A DNA stretch of 64,000 nucleotides from a virus. The stretch lies in IMG/VR virus record IMGVR_UViG_3300017783_000001; one strand, 5' to 3'. Below are positions 28,686 through 38,372 of the stretch, piece after piece (position 1 is the first letter of the stretch; the number at the start of each line of letters is the position of its first letter). A model generated the notes under the pieces. That model searched no databases. It worked only from the letters and a program-made list of their open reading frames with translations, and was not told the origin of the DNA. The position numbers and the translations under genes are program-made.

Positions 28686-29856
28686 TAAATAATTTTCTCA
28701 CTTTATCATTTGCAACAACATCAATAACTAAATGTGTTCTCCATTCGTCACCATTGTTAATTGCCATATGTGGTTTTCTAATATCTAGGTACCAGCAACT
28801 TCCTTCTTCCATATTAGTCATCACTTTAGTACCTGAAGTAGACCAACTTGTAAACTCTACATCTGGATTTGTTTTGATAGGTATATGTATTCTCATTAAT
28901 CTACCATCTGCAATTCCTAGGTCTGGGTCTACTTGGTCTGTATGTCTTTGTAATTCTCCACCACCTGGTTTCAAATTCATAAATCTTACTCTATGTATTT
29001 CTGTTTCAAATACATCTAATATCTTTTCTACTAGAGGAAACTTCTTACGCCAATCTGTATCTTGTAATTCAAATTGTTCATCTTTGTTTTCTTCTTTCCA
29101 CTTCTTATTCATTTCTACAGGTTTTGTAATAAACTTATAATCAGAAGAATAACCTCTTAATGAGATTGCACTCCAAGACTTTGCTTTGTTGTAGTTTGAA
29201 TAGTGATTAGTAAACTCTACTTCCATATCGTGTAATTGTTTTGCAAGTTGTTTTGTAATATCATCAAACGATACATTCATAGGTTTCAATGTATACTTCT
29301 CATAGACAGGTATTTTTGGGTGTTGTCTATCTTCTAATACATTACCTGCGTGTCTAAAATAAACTCCTATAATATCTGCAACTGAATTAAACTTACTACC
29401 TACATAATCAAATCCTGTCTCACTTGCGATATGTTTATCAGGACCACTTTCTTCATTAATAAACAACCATACATTATTGTTAATATATTGTGTATCTTCC
29501 ATTAATGTTGTAATAATATTTCTTTTATCAAATTCGTCTGTATAACCTAGATGTTTAATATGAATATCGCCAGGTAGTTTAGTACCTATCAATACACCAG
29601 GAAACATAAAGATATTAGATTTAACTTTTACTTGTGAATAGTGAATAAGACCTTTACCTAATAGTTGCAATTCATCTTTAGATAATGCTTCTGCAATATT
29701 GTTCTTCTTAAACTTGCTCATTTCGTGCTGAGCATAGTCATTATAAGAAGTAAATCTTTTTTCTAAATCTTTTAAATAATCTATTTGGAATCCTTTTTGC
29801 CAAGGTTTACTTTCTGTGGCTGGGACTCCTTCATTGCTTTTTGGTATCGTTTCCAT
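28657..29856 (-). CDS. GNAT-like domain fused to an Asp/Asn beta-hydroxylase-type oxygenase
   Basis: C-terminal RVRFMNLKPGG...RHTD...RIHIPIKTN...KPHMAIN...RTHLVID; the N-terminal GNAT call is weaker. Confidence 0.7.
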   Translation of the reverse strand: METIPKSNEGVPATESKPWQKGFQIDYLKDLEKRFTSYNDYAQHEMSKFKKNNIAEALSKDELQLLGKGLIHYSQVKVKSNIFMFPGVLIGTKLPGDIHIKHLGYTDEFDKRNIITTLMEDTQYINNNVWLFINEESGPDKHIASETGFDYVGSKFNSVADIIGVYFRHAGNVLEDRQHPKIPVYEKYTLKPMNVSFDDITKQLAKQLHDMEVEFTNHYSNYNKAKSWSAISLRGYSSDYKFITKPVEMNKKWKEENKDEQFELQDTDWRKKFPLVEKILDVFETEIHRVRFMNLKPGGGELQRHTDQVDPDLGIADGRLMRIHIPIKTNPDVEFTSWSTSGTKVMTNMEEGSCWYLDIRKPHMAINNGDEWRTHLVIDVVANDKVRKLFNADAHRKIR

Positions 29857-30653
29857 TTTTTCATCTCCTTTTCTGCCTTACGATATGCTAAGTCTAATTT
29901 TAGTTTGCTAACTTTCTGAACCATTAACTCACCTTTTTGGTGGTCGTATTCGTGTTGGCATACTCTACTCATCATACCATCTAAATGTGCTTCTTTTAAA
30001 TCTCTATTCTCGTCTTCGTATTTCATAACACATTTACGAGGTCTATTAATACTAACAAATAAAAAAGGAAAAGTCAAGCAGCCTTCTTTCATTAGTACAT
30101 CTTCACTACTGGTCTGTATAATTACTGGATTAAAGGCCGCTATCTTCAATCCTTTTTCTATTGATTCGTGGTCTCCTGCAACAAACATATTGAAAGGTAA
30201 CCCAATCTGTATCGCACTTAAACCGATACCACCATATTTGTGCATAAGAGCAAACATACCGTCCACAAGTTCTTGTCTACTTTTTAGACCATACTCTTCT
30301 AGCATTTCATCTTTGAAAGGTGCTACAGGTTGTCTAACTCTTGGATCCTGTGGTGGTAATAATTCGTATTGAAATGATTTAGGGTCTATACCTTTTCTAA
30401 TTTCAACATCTTTATTCTTATCTGTCATATCTTCAACAAAGCCTTGGTCTCTTTGTTCATTTAATTTTTTCATAATATCTTTGTTATCAATCCATTGACC
30501 ATCTTCTTGTTGTTCAACTTCACCTTTTTTAATCATACCTTCTGCTTGTTTCATCAAGTCATCTTTAAACTTTTCTTCTTCTGCAACAGACATTCTTTGT
30601 CTATCACCTGTATGAACAGCAGTAGTTGGATTATCTTTTAAATCTTTAGACAT
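29781..30653 (-). CDS. def: Peptide deformylase with N-terminal extension
   Basis: GIGLSAIQIG, EGCLT, QHEYDH. Confidence 0.92.
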   Translation of the reverse strand: MSKDLKDNPTTAVHTGDRQRMSVAEEEKFKDDLMKQAEGMIKKGEVEQQEDGQWIDNKDIMKKLNEQRDQGFVEDMTDKNKDVEIRKGIDPKSFQYELLPPQDPRVRQPVAPFKDEMLEEYGLKSRQELVDGMFALMHKYGGIGLSAIQIGLPFNMFVAGDHESIEKGLKIAAFNPVIIQTSSEDVLMKEGCLTFPFLFVSINRPRKCVMKYEDENRDLKEAHLDGMMSRVCQHEYDHQKGELMVQKVSKLKLDLAYRKAEKEMKKWKRYQKAMKESQPQKVNLGKKDSK

Positions 30654-32361
30654 TTTCTAACCTCGTAAAGTTTTGGTACTTTTCAAATTTAATTATATTA
30701 GTAAATTTGTCAAACATAATATCTCCTTTATGTGATATGATAAAGACATTTTCTTTTGAAAGTGTAGCGATAATCTTAAAGAAGTCATCTGTTCCTTGAC
30801 CATCTAAACTACTATCAAATATCTCATCAAGTATTAATAAATTTGTATTAACGGAGTTTTTCATCTTCGCAATACTTCTCCAAGTGAATAGTAATGACAA
30901 GTCAATTCTCATCTTCTCACCTTCACTAAAATTATTGTAGTTAAAAGAATCCATATGTCTACTCTTAACCGTCTCTTTAAACTCTTCGTCTAAATGAAAA
31001 GATATAAAGAAGTCCATTGATTGTAGGTACTGATTAATAAGTGTATTCATTACTGGAATATACTTCTTAATAATTTGTGCTCTTGCACCACTATCGTCTA
31101 CAATCTGTCTTAATACATCAATATATTTCTTCTCTTCAATAACTTCGTCTCGCTCTGCTATTGTCTTAACTAGGTCTTGCTTCAACTTCAATATCTCTTC
31201 TTTGATATTTAGGCCTGAGGCATCCTCTACTTGTAGCAGTTCAATCTCATCTTGTATTCTATCACTATGTCTTTTAATCTCATCAACACTATGATTAAGT
31301 TTTGAAACATTTGTTTCTATAGTTCTAATAGTTTCTGATACTTTATCAAGGTTTAGTATCTTCTCTTCTGTATTAGTAATTTCAGTTAATAGTTGTTTAT
31401 AACCTTCATTAAGTTTATCTACAGCAGCCTTCTCTTCATTGATTTTCTCTTGTTTGAAACTAGGTTCAAGTTCTTGTGTACAAACAGGACAATTAGTATT
31501 CTCTTCAAAGAATTTTAATGTTCTTTTGTGTGTCTTTAAATTAGTATCAATCTTACTTTCTAGTTTCTGTAATTGAAGAAACTTACTTTTAGTCGTTTCT
31601 TTGTTTTGTAGTTTTAATTTGTTTGTTTCAATTTCGTTATTGAGACTATTGATACGAACCATATAATCTCTTTTACCTTGTTGTGCTTTCTCTATGTCTT
31701 CTTTTTTTCTAGTGATAGCGTCTGTATCTCTACCTTGTAATTCTTCGTAATGTTTCTCTTGTAGATTAACTTTGTTTTCAATTAAATCTACCTGATGTCT
31801 CATTGTGGTAATGTCTTTGGTCAAGTCTTGTTGTTTACTTCTTAACAATAAGTTCATACTTGCAAATACTTTAATGTCTAGTATCTCTTCAATTACATCC
31901 CTACGATAACTTGCTCTCATCTTCATAAATGGTTCATAAGAAGAAGAACCTAAAATTACAACTTGACAAAATGACCTGTAATTAAGTTTCATTATATTCT
32001 GTTCAAGGTACTTTTGATAATCTATAGAAGAAGCATCCTGATTTAATAAAATGCCGTCTTGGTATATTTCAAATATGTTAGGTTTAATACCTCTTCGTAT
32101 TTTGTATTTCTTTGGACCAATACTAAAGTAAACTTCAACAACGGTATCAGCATTGTTGATTGTATTAACCATCTGGTCTTTTTTAATAATTCTAAAAGGT
32201 TTGTTAAACAATGCAAAGCATAAAGCGTCAAGTAAAGTTGATTTACCTGAACCATTAGTACCTATGATTAATGTCGTAGGTGATTCATTTAAGTTTACGC
32301 TGATTGGTGTATTACCTGTAGAAAGAAAGTTCTTCCAGGTTATGTTATGAAATATTATCAC
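30646..32361 (-). CDS. gp46: Recombination endonuclease ATPase subunit (Rad50/SbcC-like)
   Basis: GTNGSGKS, CPVC hook, FSEGEK, ILDEIFD. Confidence 0.96.
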   Translation of the reverse strand: MIIFHNITWKNFLSTGNTPISVNLNESPTTLIIGTNGSGKSTLLDALCFALFNKPFRIIKKDQMVNTINNADTVVEVYFSIGPKKYKIRRGIKPNIFEIYQDGILLNQDASSIDYQKYLEQNIMKLNYRSFCQVVILGSSSYEPFMKMRASYRRDVIEEILDIKVFASMNLLLRSKQQDLTKDITTMRHQVDLIENKVNLQEKHYEELQGRDTDAITRKKEDIEKAQQGKRDYMVRINSLNNEIETNKLKLQNKETTKSKFLQLQKLESKIDTNLKTHKRTLKFFEENTNCPVCTQELEPSFKQEKINEEKAAVDKLNEGYKQLLTEITNTEEKILNLDKVSETIRTIETNVSKLNHSVDEIKRHSDRIQDEIELLQVEDASGLNIKEEILKLKQDLVKTIAERDEVIEEKKYIDVLRQIVDDSGARAQIIKKYIPVMNTLINQYLQSMDFFISFHLDEEFKETVKSRHMDSFNYNNFSEGEKMRIDLSLLFTWRSIAKMKNSVNTNLLILDEIFDSSLDGQGTDDFFKIIATLSKENVFIISHKGDIMFDKFTNIIKFEKYQNFTRLENV

Positions 32362-33419
32362 TTATCTTGCACCTCACTATATAAGTCTTTCACTATACTA
32401 TTCATCTTATTTTTATCTAATTCAGTATCTAAACTATTAATATAATTTTGTAAGAAAGATAATGTATCTTCTCCTTGGTCCACTATATTAACATCAGCAG
32501 TTGAATTGATATTATAACTATCTTCAATAACATTTACTTCGTTTGTGTGTATATCATTATGTAGTCTATCAATAAAGTCACCAAACTGGTTGACATCTGT
32601 TTTTTCTTCTACAATAACTTTGACAAAACAATCTTCGTATTCACTTATGTCCATATTACTATATGAATTTGTTTTATCATTATATATTATCTTCTTAAAC
32701 ATATTGATAGGATTAGGAATTCTTGTTAGTTCTCTTGTATCTGTATCAAAGATATGAAAACCTTTAGGACATTGATAATCTGACCAAGTAATCTCGTATT
32801 GTGTACCTAGATAAAAGATAGTACCGTTATCTGATTTTCTATGATAGTGACCAGAATATACTTTCTCAAATCTTTTAAACAAGTCCATTTCTAAACCGTG
32901 TTCTTGGAAGTGTCCTTTGTGCATTTCAAAACCTTTAACTTCAAGGTGCCCCATACATATTTGTGCTTGACTTTCTGATATTGCTTTTAGACTTTCTTCT
33001 TCATTCTCTGGACATATCCAAGGTATGAATAGAATAGGCAAACCATCAAACTCAACCGTCTTTGGTTTCTCGTATATAAATGGTTCGTTTACACCATCAA
33101 AAGTTGTAATTAGTTGTTGCATACTATTAATAGAGTTTGTGTTCTTATAGTATGTGTCGTGGTTACCTAGTATAATATGTGTATCAATCTTCATATCCCA
33201 TAGTCTCTTCCAAAACTTATTTTGAAAGTTATGAGCAGTATTAAAGTTAATAAATTTTCTTCTGTCTACTACATCGCCTAAATGTATTAAGGTTGTGATG
33301 TTATTCTCTTCCAAGTATGGAAAAAATATCTCATCATAAAACCGGTTAAAATATTTAATAAATGCAGGACTATCACTTCTTGCACCGAAGTGAGTGTCGT
33401 TCAACAACGCTATTTTCAT
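32358..33419 (-). CDS. gp47: Recombination endonuclease nuclease subunit (Mre11/SbcD-like)
   Basis: DTHFG, LGDVVD, GNHD, GHYH. Confidence 0.96.
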   Translation of the reverse strand: MKIALLNDTHFGARSDSPAFIKYFNRFYDEIFFPYLEENNITTLIHLGDVVDRRKFINFNTAHNFQNKFWKRLWDMKIDTHIILGNHDTYYKNTNSINSMQQLITTFDGVNEPFIYEKPKTVEFDGLPILFIPWICPENEEESLKAISESQAQICMGHLEVKGFEMHKGHFQEHGLEMDLFKRFEKVYSGHYHRKSDNGTIFYLGTQYEITWSDYQCPKGFHIFDTDTRELTRIPNPINMFKKIIYNDKTNSYSNMDISEYEDCFVKVIVEEKTDVNQFGDFIDRLHNDIHTNEVNVIEDSYNINSTADVNIVDQGEDTLSFLQNYINSLDTELDKNKMNSIVKDLYSEVQDK

Positions 33420-33421
33420 AA

Positions 33422-34039
33422 TTAAAAGTTCTCTAAATTTATCTTTGCTTTTCTAGTTCTTTTTAGTTTTGCACCTTTAGGTTTTGCCTCGTAAGGTTCA
33501 CTTGTTGGTTCTTGGCTTGGTAAGTTCTTTTGTAAGAATTCTGTAAATTGATTTTTAAAGTCTCTATCATCACCTGGTTGCAAAGTCATATCGTCATAGT
33601 TTGCATCCATAATAAGCTTATGTTTGATTGTTGTTTGTTTCTTTTCTTTCTGTATTCGTCTTACAAAGGCATAATAGATAATTTGTGTAAAGTATGCAAA
33701 TGGATTGTTTGACTTCTCTGGATTAAAGTTACCTAGATATTGTAAACAATTCTCAATACCATCTGAAATCATATCGTCTCTAAAAGTATAATTGATAAAG
33801 TTAGGTCTATATGATAAGTGGTTTGCAATCTTTAAAAAACATTCTCCAATGTAATTAGTAACCGGAGGTTGCTTTCTGTTTCTTGCTTCTGCTTTATTAC
33901 ATTTCTCTTTATACTCTACCATTGCAGCTAGAAACTCTTTGTTATTAACATAGTGTTCCTTCTTCGCCGGTGTTCGTATGCGTTTCTTTTTTTCAGGCAC
34001 TTCGGCCGTTTCAATTTTTTTATTTGTTTTAGTTTTCAT
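33422..34039 (-). CDS. gp55: Late transcription sigma factor
   Basis: HYVNNKEF, DMISDGIENC, NPFAYFTQI. Confidence 0.96.
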   Translation of the reverse strand: MKTKTNKKIETAEVPEKKKRIRTPAKKEHYVNNKEFLAAMVEYKEKCNKAEARNRKQPPVTNYIGECFLKIANHLSYRPNFINYTFRDDMISDGIENCLQYLGNFNPEKSNNPFAYFTQIIYYAFVRRIQKEKKQTTIKHKLIMDANYDDMTLQPGDDRDFKNQFTEFLQKNLPSQEPTSEPYEAKPKGAKLKRTRKAKINLENF

Positions 34040-34048
34040 TATGTTCTC

Positions 34049-34077
34049 ACTATACTATATGTTGTTAAATAAGTCAA
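34049..34077 (-). promoter_or_regulatory. Sigma70-type promoter TTGACT-17-TATAGT for gp55
   Basis: Near-consensus boxes. Confidence 0.7.
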
Positions 34078-34112
34078 GCTCCTAACACTTTTAATTTTGT
34101 TGGCACAGGCGC

Positions 34113-34141
34113 TTGACATATCCTGGAACCTATGTTATTAT
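34113..34141 (+). promoter_or_regulatory. Plus-strand sigma70 promoter TTGACA-17-TATTAT with extended TG and no downstream gene
   Basis: gcTTGACAtatcctggaacctaTGtTATTAT; faces the 3' end of the uvsW operon. Confidence 0.65.
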
Positions 34142-34182
34142 CAGCGTGTCGCTGGGAGAGAATAGAGTCTATAGAGTAGCGT

Positions 34183-34641
34183 CTAATGAATTGTACTTTT
34201 CTTTTTAATGTCATTAAAGGCCTCAAATATCTCGTCATACTCTTCTAATTCTGCTTCTCGCATTACTTCTCTATCCATAAGTCTTTCAGTTCTCGGATTC
34301 TCTTCTCGTCTCATAACCTTGTCGTGGTTTGTGTAGTCGCTAATAACTTGTGTATATGATTTAATCATTTCAGCACTTGCATTTGTAATAGTTAATATCT
34401 TATCTTTAGGAATAGTAACCAATTGGTCATTTGTATATGCTGCCCACTTCACAAGCGCTATATAGTCTTTAATACCAAGATTAGTAATCTGTGGTACATA
34501 TTTTATTTCTAATGGTTTGTCTAATGTCAGCAACGGATTTCGTTGTTGATTTGCTACCTGAGGTATATGGCAAACAATATCTGTGCCATTCATAATCTTT
34601 ACGATTTTAATTTCTGGTTTAGTTTCGTTGTTTTTGTCCAT
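34183..34641 (-). CDS. Conserved T4-like protein between uvsW and gp55 (possible Sm-like fold)
   Basis: IKIVKIMNGTDIV...; C-terminal TIH; synteny. Confidence 0.6.
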   Translation of the reverse strand: MDKNNETKPEIKIVKIMNGTDIVCHIPQVANQQRNPLLTLDKPLEIKYVPQITNLGIKDYIALVKWAAYTNDQLVTIPKDKILTITNASAEMIKSYTQVISDYTNHDKVMRREENPRTERLMDREVMREAELEEYDEIFEAFNDIKKKSTIH

Positions 34642-34642
34642 A

Positions 34643-36127
34643 CTACTCCTTTAACTCCACATTATGTATCTCGTAATCAAAGTTTTCTTCGTTGTATATA
34701 TTTATTCTTTCTCTAAAGTGCTGTAGAGTATAATTCTCTTTTTCTCCATATGACACATCATCTGATATATCGTATAGTGTCGCATTAACCTTATTATCTC
34801 CTAGTCTTAATCCACGACCAATAGATTGTAAGTTTCTTATCCTAGACTTACTAGGACTAGAAAAAATAATATTATGTAGGTTTCGTATGTTGATACCTGT
34901 TGAAAAGGTACCGTACGAAGCCACAATAATTGCGTTATCACTTTTTTCTGTAATTGCTCTAATTTCTTCTCTATCATCTGCTGATACTCCTCCGTATACA
35001 AAAAATACTTTACGACCATCATCTACTTTCTTTTCAATTAGTTCTTGTAATACTTTACCGTGTTTCTCTACAAATTGAAATAACAATAGTGTATTACCTT
35101 GAAGACCATTTGTCAAGTTCGTAATGTATTTGTTTCTTGCTTTACTAGCACATAAGAAATCCATTTCTTCTTGGTAGTTCTTATCTTTTAAAAAGTCCTT
35201 ACTATTCTTTCCGTGTTTAAGTATTAAACAATGTATTTTAAAATCTGCTAGTTGTTTCTTCTCTATTAAGTCGGTTGTACTTGCAACTCTATTTACAGCA
35301 CCGAATAGACCTTCTAGCACTAGTTTATGTGTCTTTGAACCATCTAGTGTACCAGTCATACCTATTCTATATTTACAATTAGTCATCTTTGTCATTATAC
35401 TTGTAAGGGACTGGGATTTAAATAAATGTGCTTCGTCACCAAGTATACAACCAAATTGTGCAAACCACTTTTTAGGTAGTTTATATATTGATTGCCAAGT
35501 AGATATTACTACTTTCTTTGTTGTGTCTTTGTCGTGTCCTTGATATATTCTATGTATGTGTTTAGTATTATAACCATAGTCACCAAAGTCTTTATACAAT
35601 TGTTCTACTAATGAAGTTGTAGGTACAATAATCAATATCTTATTTGCTTTCTTTTCTTTAATTCTTAATAGTTGAAATCTCAATATAAGATACGCAATAA
35701 GTGATTTACCACTAGCAGTTGGCGATAATAATAAACATCTATCTTCTTGTATAGCGTGATAGAAAGCATTGAATTGATAATCTCTAATAGTAATTTTAGG
35801 TATGTTTAATGCTTTACAAAATTTAGCACACTCTAATTTATCTAATGGTTTTGCTTTCTCTTTTATTTTAGATACAATTTTTATATTGTTATCTTCACAA
35901 AACTTTCTGATATATGGTAAGAGACCATAGTAAATCTCACCACTTGCATACTTAAAAAGTCTTATCTTTCCGTCCCAATATCTATTTCTATATTGAGGCA
36001 TAAACTTATAACCAGGAACTTCAAATGTAAAAAACTCCGATAGTTCTCTACGAATATCGCTCTCGGCTTCTATTGAAAGATATACTTCGTCTTTCTTATC
36101 TAATATTAAATAACGATTTTCTACCAT
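34643..36127 (-). CDS. uvsW: RNA-DNA/DNA helicase
   Basis: SPTASGKS, DEAH, TGT, QSIGRGLR. Confidence 0.96.
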   Translation of the reverse strand: MVENRYLILDKKDEVYLSIEAESDIRRELSEFFTFEVPGYKFMPQYRNRYWDGKIRLFKYASGEIYYGLLPYIRKFCEDNNIKIVSKIKEKAKPLDKLECAKFCKALNIPKITIRDYQFNAFYHAIQEDRCLLLSPTASGKSLIAYLILRFQLLRIKEKKANKILIIVPTTSLVEQLYKDFGDYGYNTKHIHRIYQGHDKDTTKKVVISTWQSIYKLPKKWFAQFGCILGDEAHLFKSQSLTSIMTKMTNCKYRIGMTGTLDGSKTHKLVLEGLFGAVNRVASTTDLIEKKQLADFKIHCLILKHGKNSKDFLKDKNYQEEMDFLCASKARNKYITNLTNGLQGNTLLLFQFVEKHGKVLQELIEKKVDDGRKVFFVYGGVSADDREEIRAITEKSDNAIIVASYGTFSTGINIRNLHNIIFSSPSKSRIRNLQSIGRGLRLGDNKVNATLYDISDDVSYGEKENYTLQHFRERINIYNEENFDYEIHNVELKE

Positions 36128-36130
36128 CTA

Positions 36131-36559
36131 TTAAATAGCGCCAGAAGTAAACTTACGCCATTCAATAGCATCCTTGATTAGGAATCCACGATTTGATATT
36201 TGTTTGATTGTTTTATCCAGATAATCACATATAGTTTTTAAGTAATCTACTTTTTGTTTTATCTTTATGTAATCTTCATCTGCTTCAATGTACTTATCAA
36301 CATCTTGCTTTAGAATTTTTAAATTGAATGGTTTAGTTTGATAAACTGCTGGGTCCGCTTTCCCTGTGTAATATTCCCATTTATGTAATTTTATAATCTT
36401 TAACTCACTTTCAGTTTTAGTAAGCAAAAGATTAAACTTATTGTAATGTTTCAAAAACTCATTATGTAGTTGTGGTGTTTTAAGAGCTTCAATATCAAGC
36501 TCAGTATCATTGATTTTTAATTTCTTATCTGAAAGTTCTTGTAATTCTTCTAATGTCAT
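36131..36559 (-). CDS. uvsY: Recombination mediator
   Basis: KWEYYTGK, IKDAIEWRKF. Confidence 0.92.
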   Translation of the reverse strand: MTLEELQELSDKKLKINDTELDIEALKTPQLHNEFLKHYNKFNLLLTKTESELKIIKLHKWEYYTGKADPAVYQTKPFNLKILKQDVDKYIEADEDYIKIKQKVDYLKTICDYLDKTIKQISNRGFLIKDAIEWRKFTSGAI

Positions 36560-36590
36560 AATCTAGTATCTTCCTCTAGTTTTAAGTATA

Positions 36591-36619
36591 ATTATATACT
36601 AAATCTAGTTATTTGTCAA
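36591..36619 (-). promoter_or_regulatory. Perfect sigma70 promoter TTGACA-17-TATAAT for uvsY
   Basis: Exact consensus. Confidence 0.85.
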
Positions 36620-36623
36620 GCTT

Positions 36624-37247
36624 CTACGAGGAGAAGTTTACTTTTGGGTCTTTGCCTGGTTCAGCAAAAGAATAAGTCGTATATTTAAAACTAACACTAC
36701 TAGTTAAGTATTGAACATCACTCGCTTGTTGACTATAACTTACGCCGGTTAATGAAACAGGAAATATATCTTTAAATCTTACTTCTTTAATCGGATTATT
36801 CTTTGCACTTAATATTGTTAGTGTGGCGTCTGACAAAATACCTCCTTGAGGAGCAGCACTTCCTTCTCTACCAGCATTAGGATTTACTCTATCTTTGCCT
36901 TGCGTAGGAAATCTATCTCTTCCAGAAGATAACAAATTTGCATAATCACTATGGTCTTCAGGAAAACCTAGACCTCTTAACCAACCAAATATCTCTTCAT
37001 AGTTTTCTAACTTTTCGTCTATCATAAATGTAAGTACTAAATCTCCAAAGTCAAGTTTAGTTCCAGGCAAAGGTATATCTCTCAATGGAGTTACCTGTGT
37101 TGCATTGGTCATTTGTAGGCTTGGGATATTAACTTCTGTACAAAAGTATTCTACCTTTGGAAGCTTTATGATATTAAACTTAAATTGCGTTGGTGACGCA
37201 TAATCAAGTTGTGTTGGTTGTCGTGTTATTGCGTTTGTACTTGTCAT
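36624..37247 (-). CDS. gp3: Tail completion / tube terminator protein
   Basis: FKF...LPKVEYFC..VNIP, FMIDEKLENY, SDATLTIL; late promoter TATAAATA at 37253-60. Confidence 0.85.
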   Translation of the reverse strand: MTSTNAITRQPTQLDYASPTQFKFNIIKLPKVEYFCTEVNIPSLQMTNATQVTPLRDIPLPGTKLDFGDLVLTFMIDEKLENYEEIFGWLRGLGFPEDHSDYANLLSSGRDRFPTQGKDRVNPNAGREGSAAPQGGILSDATLTILSAKNNPIKEVRFKDIFPVSLTGVSYSQQASDVQYLTSSVSFKYTTYSFAEPGKDPKVNFSS

Positions 37248-37271
37248 ACTACTATTTATAAGACCTAATAA

Positions 37272-37299
37272 ACCCCTAGCAAACTGAATTACTAGGGGT
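37272..37299 (-). terminator. Hairpin terminator after the alkB-like gene
   Basis: ACCCCTAG...CTAGGGGT followed by TTATT. Confidence 0.6.
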
Positions 37300-37304
37300 C
37301 ATAA

Positions 37305-38372
37305 TTATACTAGTTTTTCTGCTATTTTAATCTCTTCATCACTTGCATAATCTCTATCCCATTTGTCTAAATGTTTTTTCATAAACTTATTAAACAATGG
37401 TGGTATTAACGCAATTGTGAAAAGTGTAAAGTAACCGACACCAGTATTAGGAGCACCAACATCATCAAGTTCCCAGAAGTGTGTTTCACCTCTATCGTGG
37501 TGGTCTGCTTGACGACCAATTTCTATAAAGAACCAACTTGTAAATAATGTTGAGTTATCCCAGTTATGGCGATAATCTATCGGTTGATTTTTTACTCTTA
37601 TTAAACCGTAGTGTTCTAGGTAGTTCAATGCTTCTAACTCAAAGTTTGAGATAACCCACATTGTTGCCAATACAGCAATACCTGTCCAACCACCTGCTAA
37701 AAAGAATAAACTTACAATAGGTACAGACATAAGATATCCTCTTATCCATCTGTTATCAAAACTGATAAAAGATTTACCTACTCTACTTAATCTTGCTTTC
37801 TCCATTTCAAAAAGAAACTTTGATTGACCAAGATAAGACAATAGATAATGTCCGTATATTGTGCGACCACGAGGTGCAGTCGCTGGGTCATCTTCACTTG
37901 CAAGTTCTAAATGATGATTATAACAATGAGCATAGCAAAAATGTGCTGACCCACTTAACGCCATCATCCATCTACTTACTACAAAAGACCAACCTTTTGT
38001 GTGCGATAGTTCGTGTCCATATATAATACCAATACCTAAAAAGATACCAGCAGATAATGTTGTACCAACTAACTCTACGCCACTTACTCCATTAAAGATT
38101 TTGTAAGCAACAACTAATTGTAGGATTAAGAAAACAGGTAACATTAAATACATAACGCTGTTTTGCAACCACGCAATACCTAATGTATCTCCATTCCCAT
38201 CAACCCCAGCACCTTTAGTTTGTTTTGTGATTAATGTATCTATTATTATTCCAAGACCTAATAATGCAACACCAGTCCACGCAAATAGACCACCTATGTG
38301 GATACCGTAAGCAGTTGTGATGATTAATATTGGTGCAATGAAATAACGAATATTTGTTAAGAGTTTTAACAT
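37305..38372 (-). CDS. Membrane di-iron monooxygenase (AlkB/XylM family)
   Basis: His boxes HELSH, HCYNHH, NYLEHYG, QADHH; DPATAPRG; multiple TM helices. Confidence 0.9.
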   Translation of the reverse strand: MLKLLTNIRYFIAPILIITTAYGIHIGGLFAWTGVALLGLGIIIDTLITKQTKGAGVDGNGDTLGIAWLQNSVMYLMLPVFLILQLVVAYKIFNGVSGVELVGTTLSAGIFLGIGIIYGHELSHTKGWSFVVSRWMMALSGSAHFCYAHCYNHHLELASEDDPATAPRGRTIYGHYLLSYLGQSKFLFEMEKARLSRVGKSFISFDNRWIRGYLMSVPIVSLFFLAGGWTGIAVLATMWVISNFELEALNYLEHYGLIRVKNQPIDYRHNWDNSTLFTSWFFIEIGRQADHHDRGETHFWELDDVGAPNTGVGYFTLFTIALIPPLFNKFMKKHLDKWDRDYASDEEIKIAEKLV

